Source of the DNA: Chiloscyllium plagiosum
Lineage: Eukaryota
Assembly: GCF_004010195.1 (NCBI RefSeq)
Contig: NC_057746.1
Location: 9,057,631-9,104,674 of the forward strand
DNA: 47,044 nucleotides
Reading direction: 5' to 3'
This document shows positions 46,463 through 47,044 of the stretch, piece after piece (within the stretch, counting starts at the first letter, position 1; every line of letters begins with the position of its first letter). The position numbers were made by a program, and so were the translations under genes. The notes below the pieces were generated by a model. That model was not told the DNA's origin, ran no database searches, and saw only the letters and a list, made by a program, of their open reading frames with translations.

Positions 46463-47044
46463 GTGAGAAACAAAAGCTCACTCACTTTAATAATTTCAGT
46501 CCGAGACGAATATCTGAATAACCGCTTTTTTTATCTATACACCTATAGGCGGGTGTCTTGTCTAATTACCAGGTAAGGTAATTACAGAATGCACACTATA
46601 TCCAAAAAACCCTCGCAATTTATACCATATGTTTTCCTTATTCCATTGTCTGTTCCCTGCTTCGCTTACGTCACTCATTTCCTTAAGACTTATCCCACAA
46701 CTTCTGTTTATCCTGTCTTGTCCGTGACAAACTCTTATCTCTGACTCCCATAAGGGTGTTTGACGTCAGTCTACTGCAGGTCATTGATTAGGCATATCTT
46801 TTCTTCTATCAGCATCTATTTCCATCCAGAGGCCACTTTGACCTCTTTGATTAGGGTTAGTTCCTGTGTCTTCAGGAAGGGAAACAGATGCTTTCCTGTT
46901 TGCCCATATATCCACCATTGTTCTGTATTCACGTCTCATGCTAACATATCCTTTCTTTTTGCTGAATATGTATTTTCTCATTCCCATTCTGTATCAGAAT
47001 TTATACTTGCAGAAATAACATTAATTCATTTATATCCCACAAAC

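Overview
Repeat-rich vertebrate genomic DNA, very likely from a cartilaginous fish (shark), judged by its tRNA-derived SINEs, CR1, L1/Tx1 and Penelope families; the taxon is an inference. Two convergent, intron-containing immune genes can be rebuilt by hand. (1) On + is a highly divergent non-classical MHC class I heavy-chain gene: alpha1 1347-1595, alpha2 5264-5533, alpha3 6137-6412, a hydrophobic C-terminal exon 9353-9480 and a 3' exon from 9589 with AATAAA at 9752. No leader exon was found. It lacks most peptide-anchoring residues, has extra cysteines and a GC-AG intron, and stops right after a hydrophobic stretch, like a GPI-anchor signal. (2) On - are the last five exons of a TRIM-B30.2/PRY-SPRY gene (30882 to 26946) with a long acidic linker; its RING/B-box exon is not visible. 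The rest is mobile and tandem DNA: a Gmr1-type Gypsy element (SCAN-like gag, PR-INT-RT-RH order), three solo LTRs, CR1 and L1/Tx1 LINEs, Penelope elements carrying minimal hammerhead ribozyme motifs, MITEs, eight SINEs, and three tandem arrays, one apparently born inside a Tx1-like LINE ORF2. Assembly gaps lie at 19363-19391, 35728-36227 and 45641-45723. All homology calls are from visual motif recognition, not database searches.
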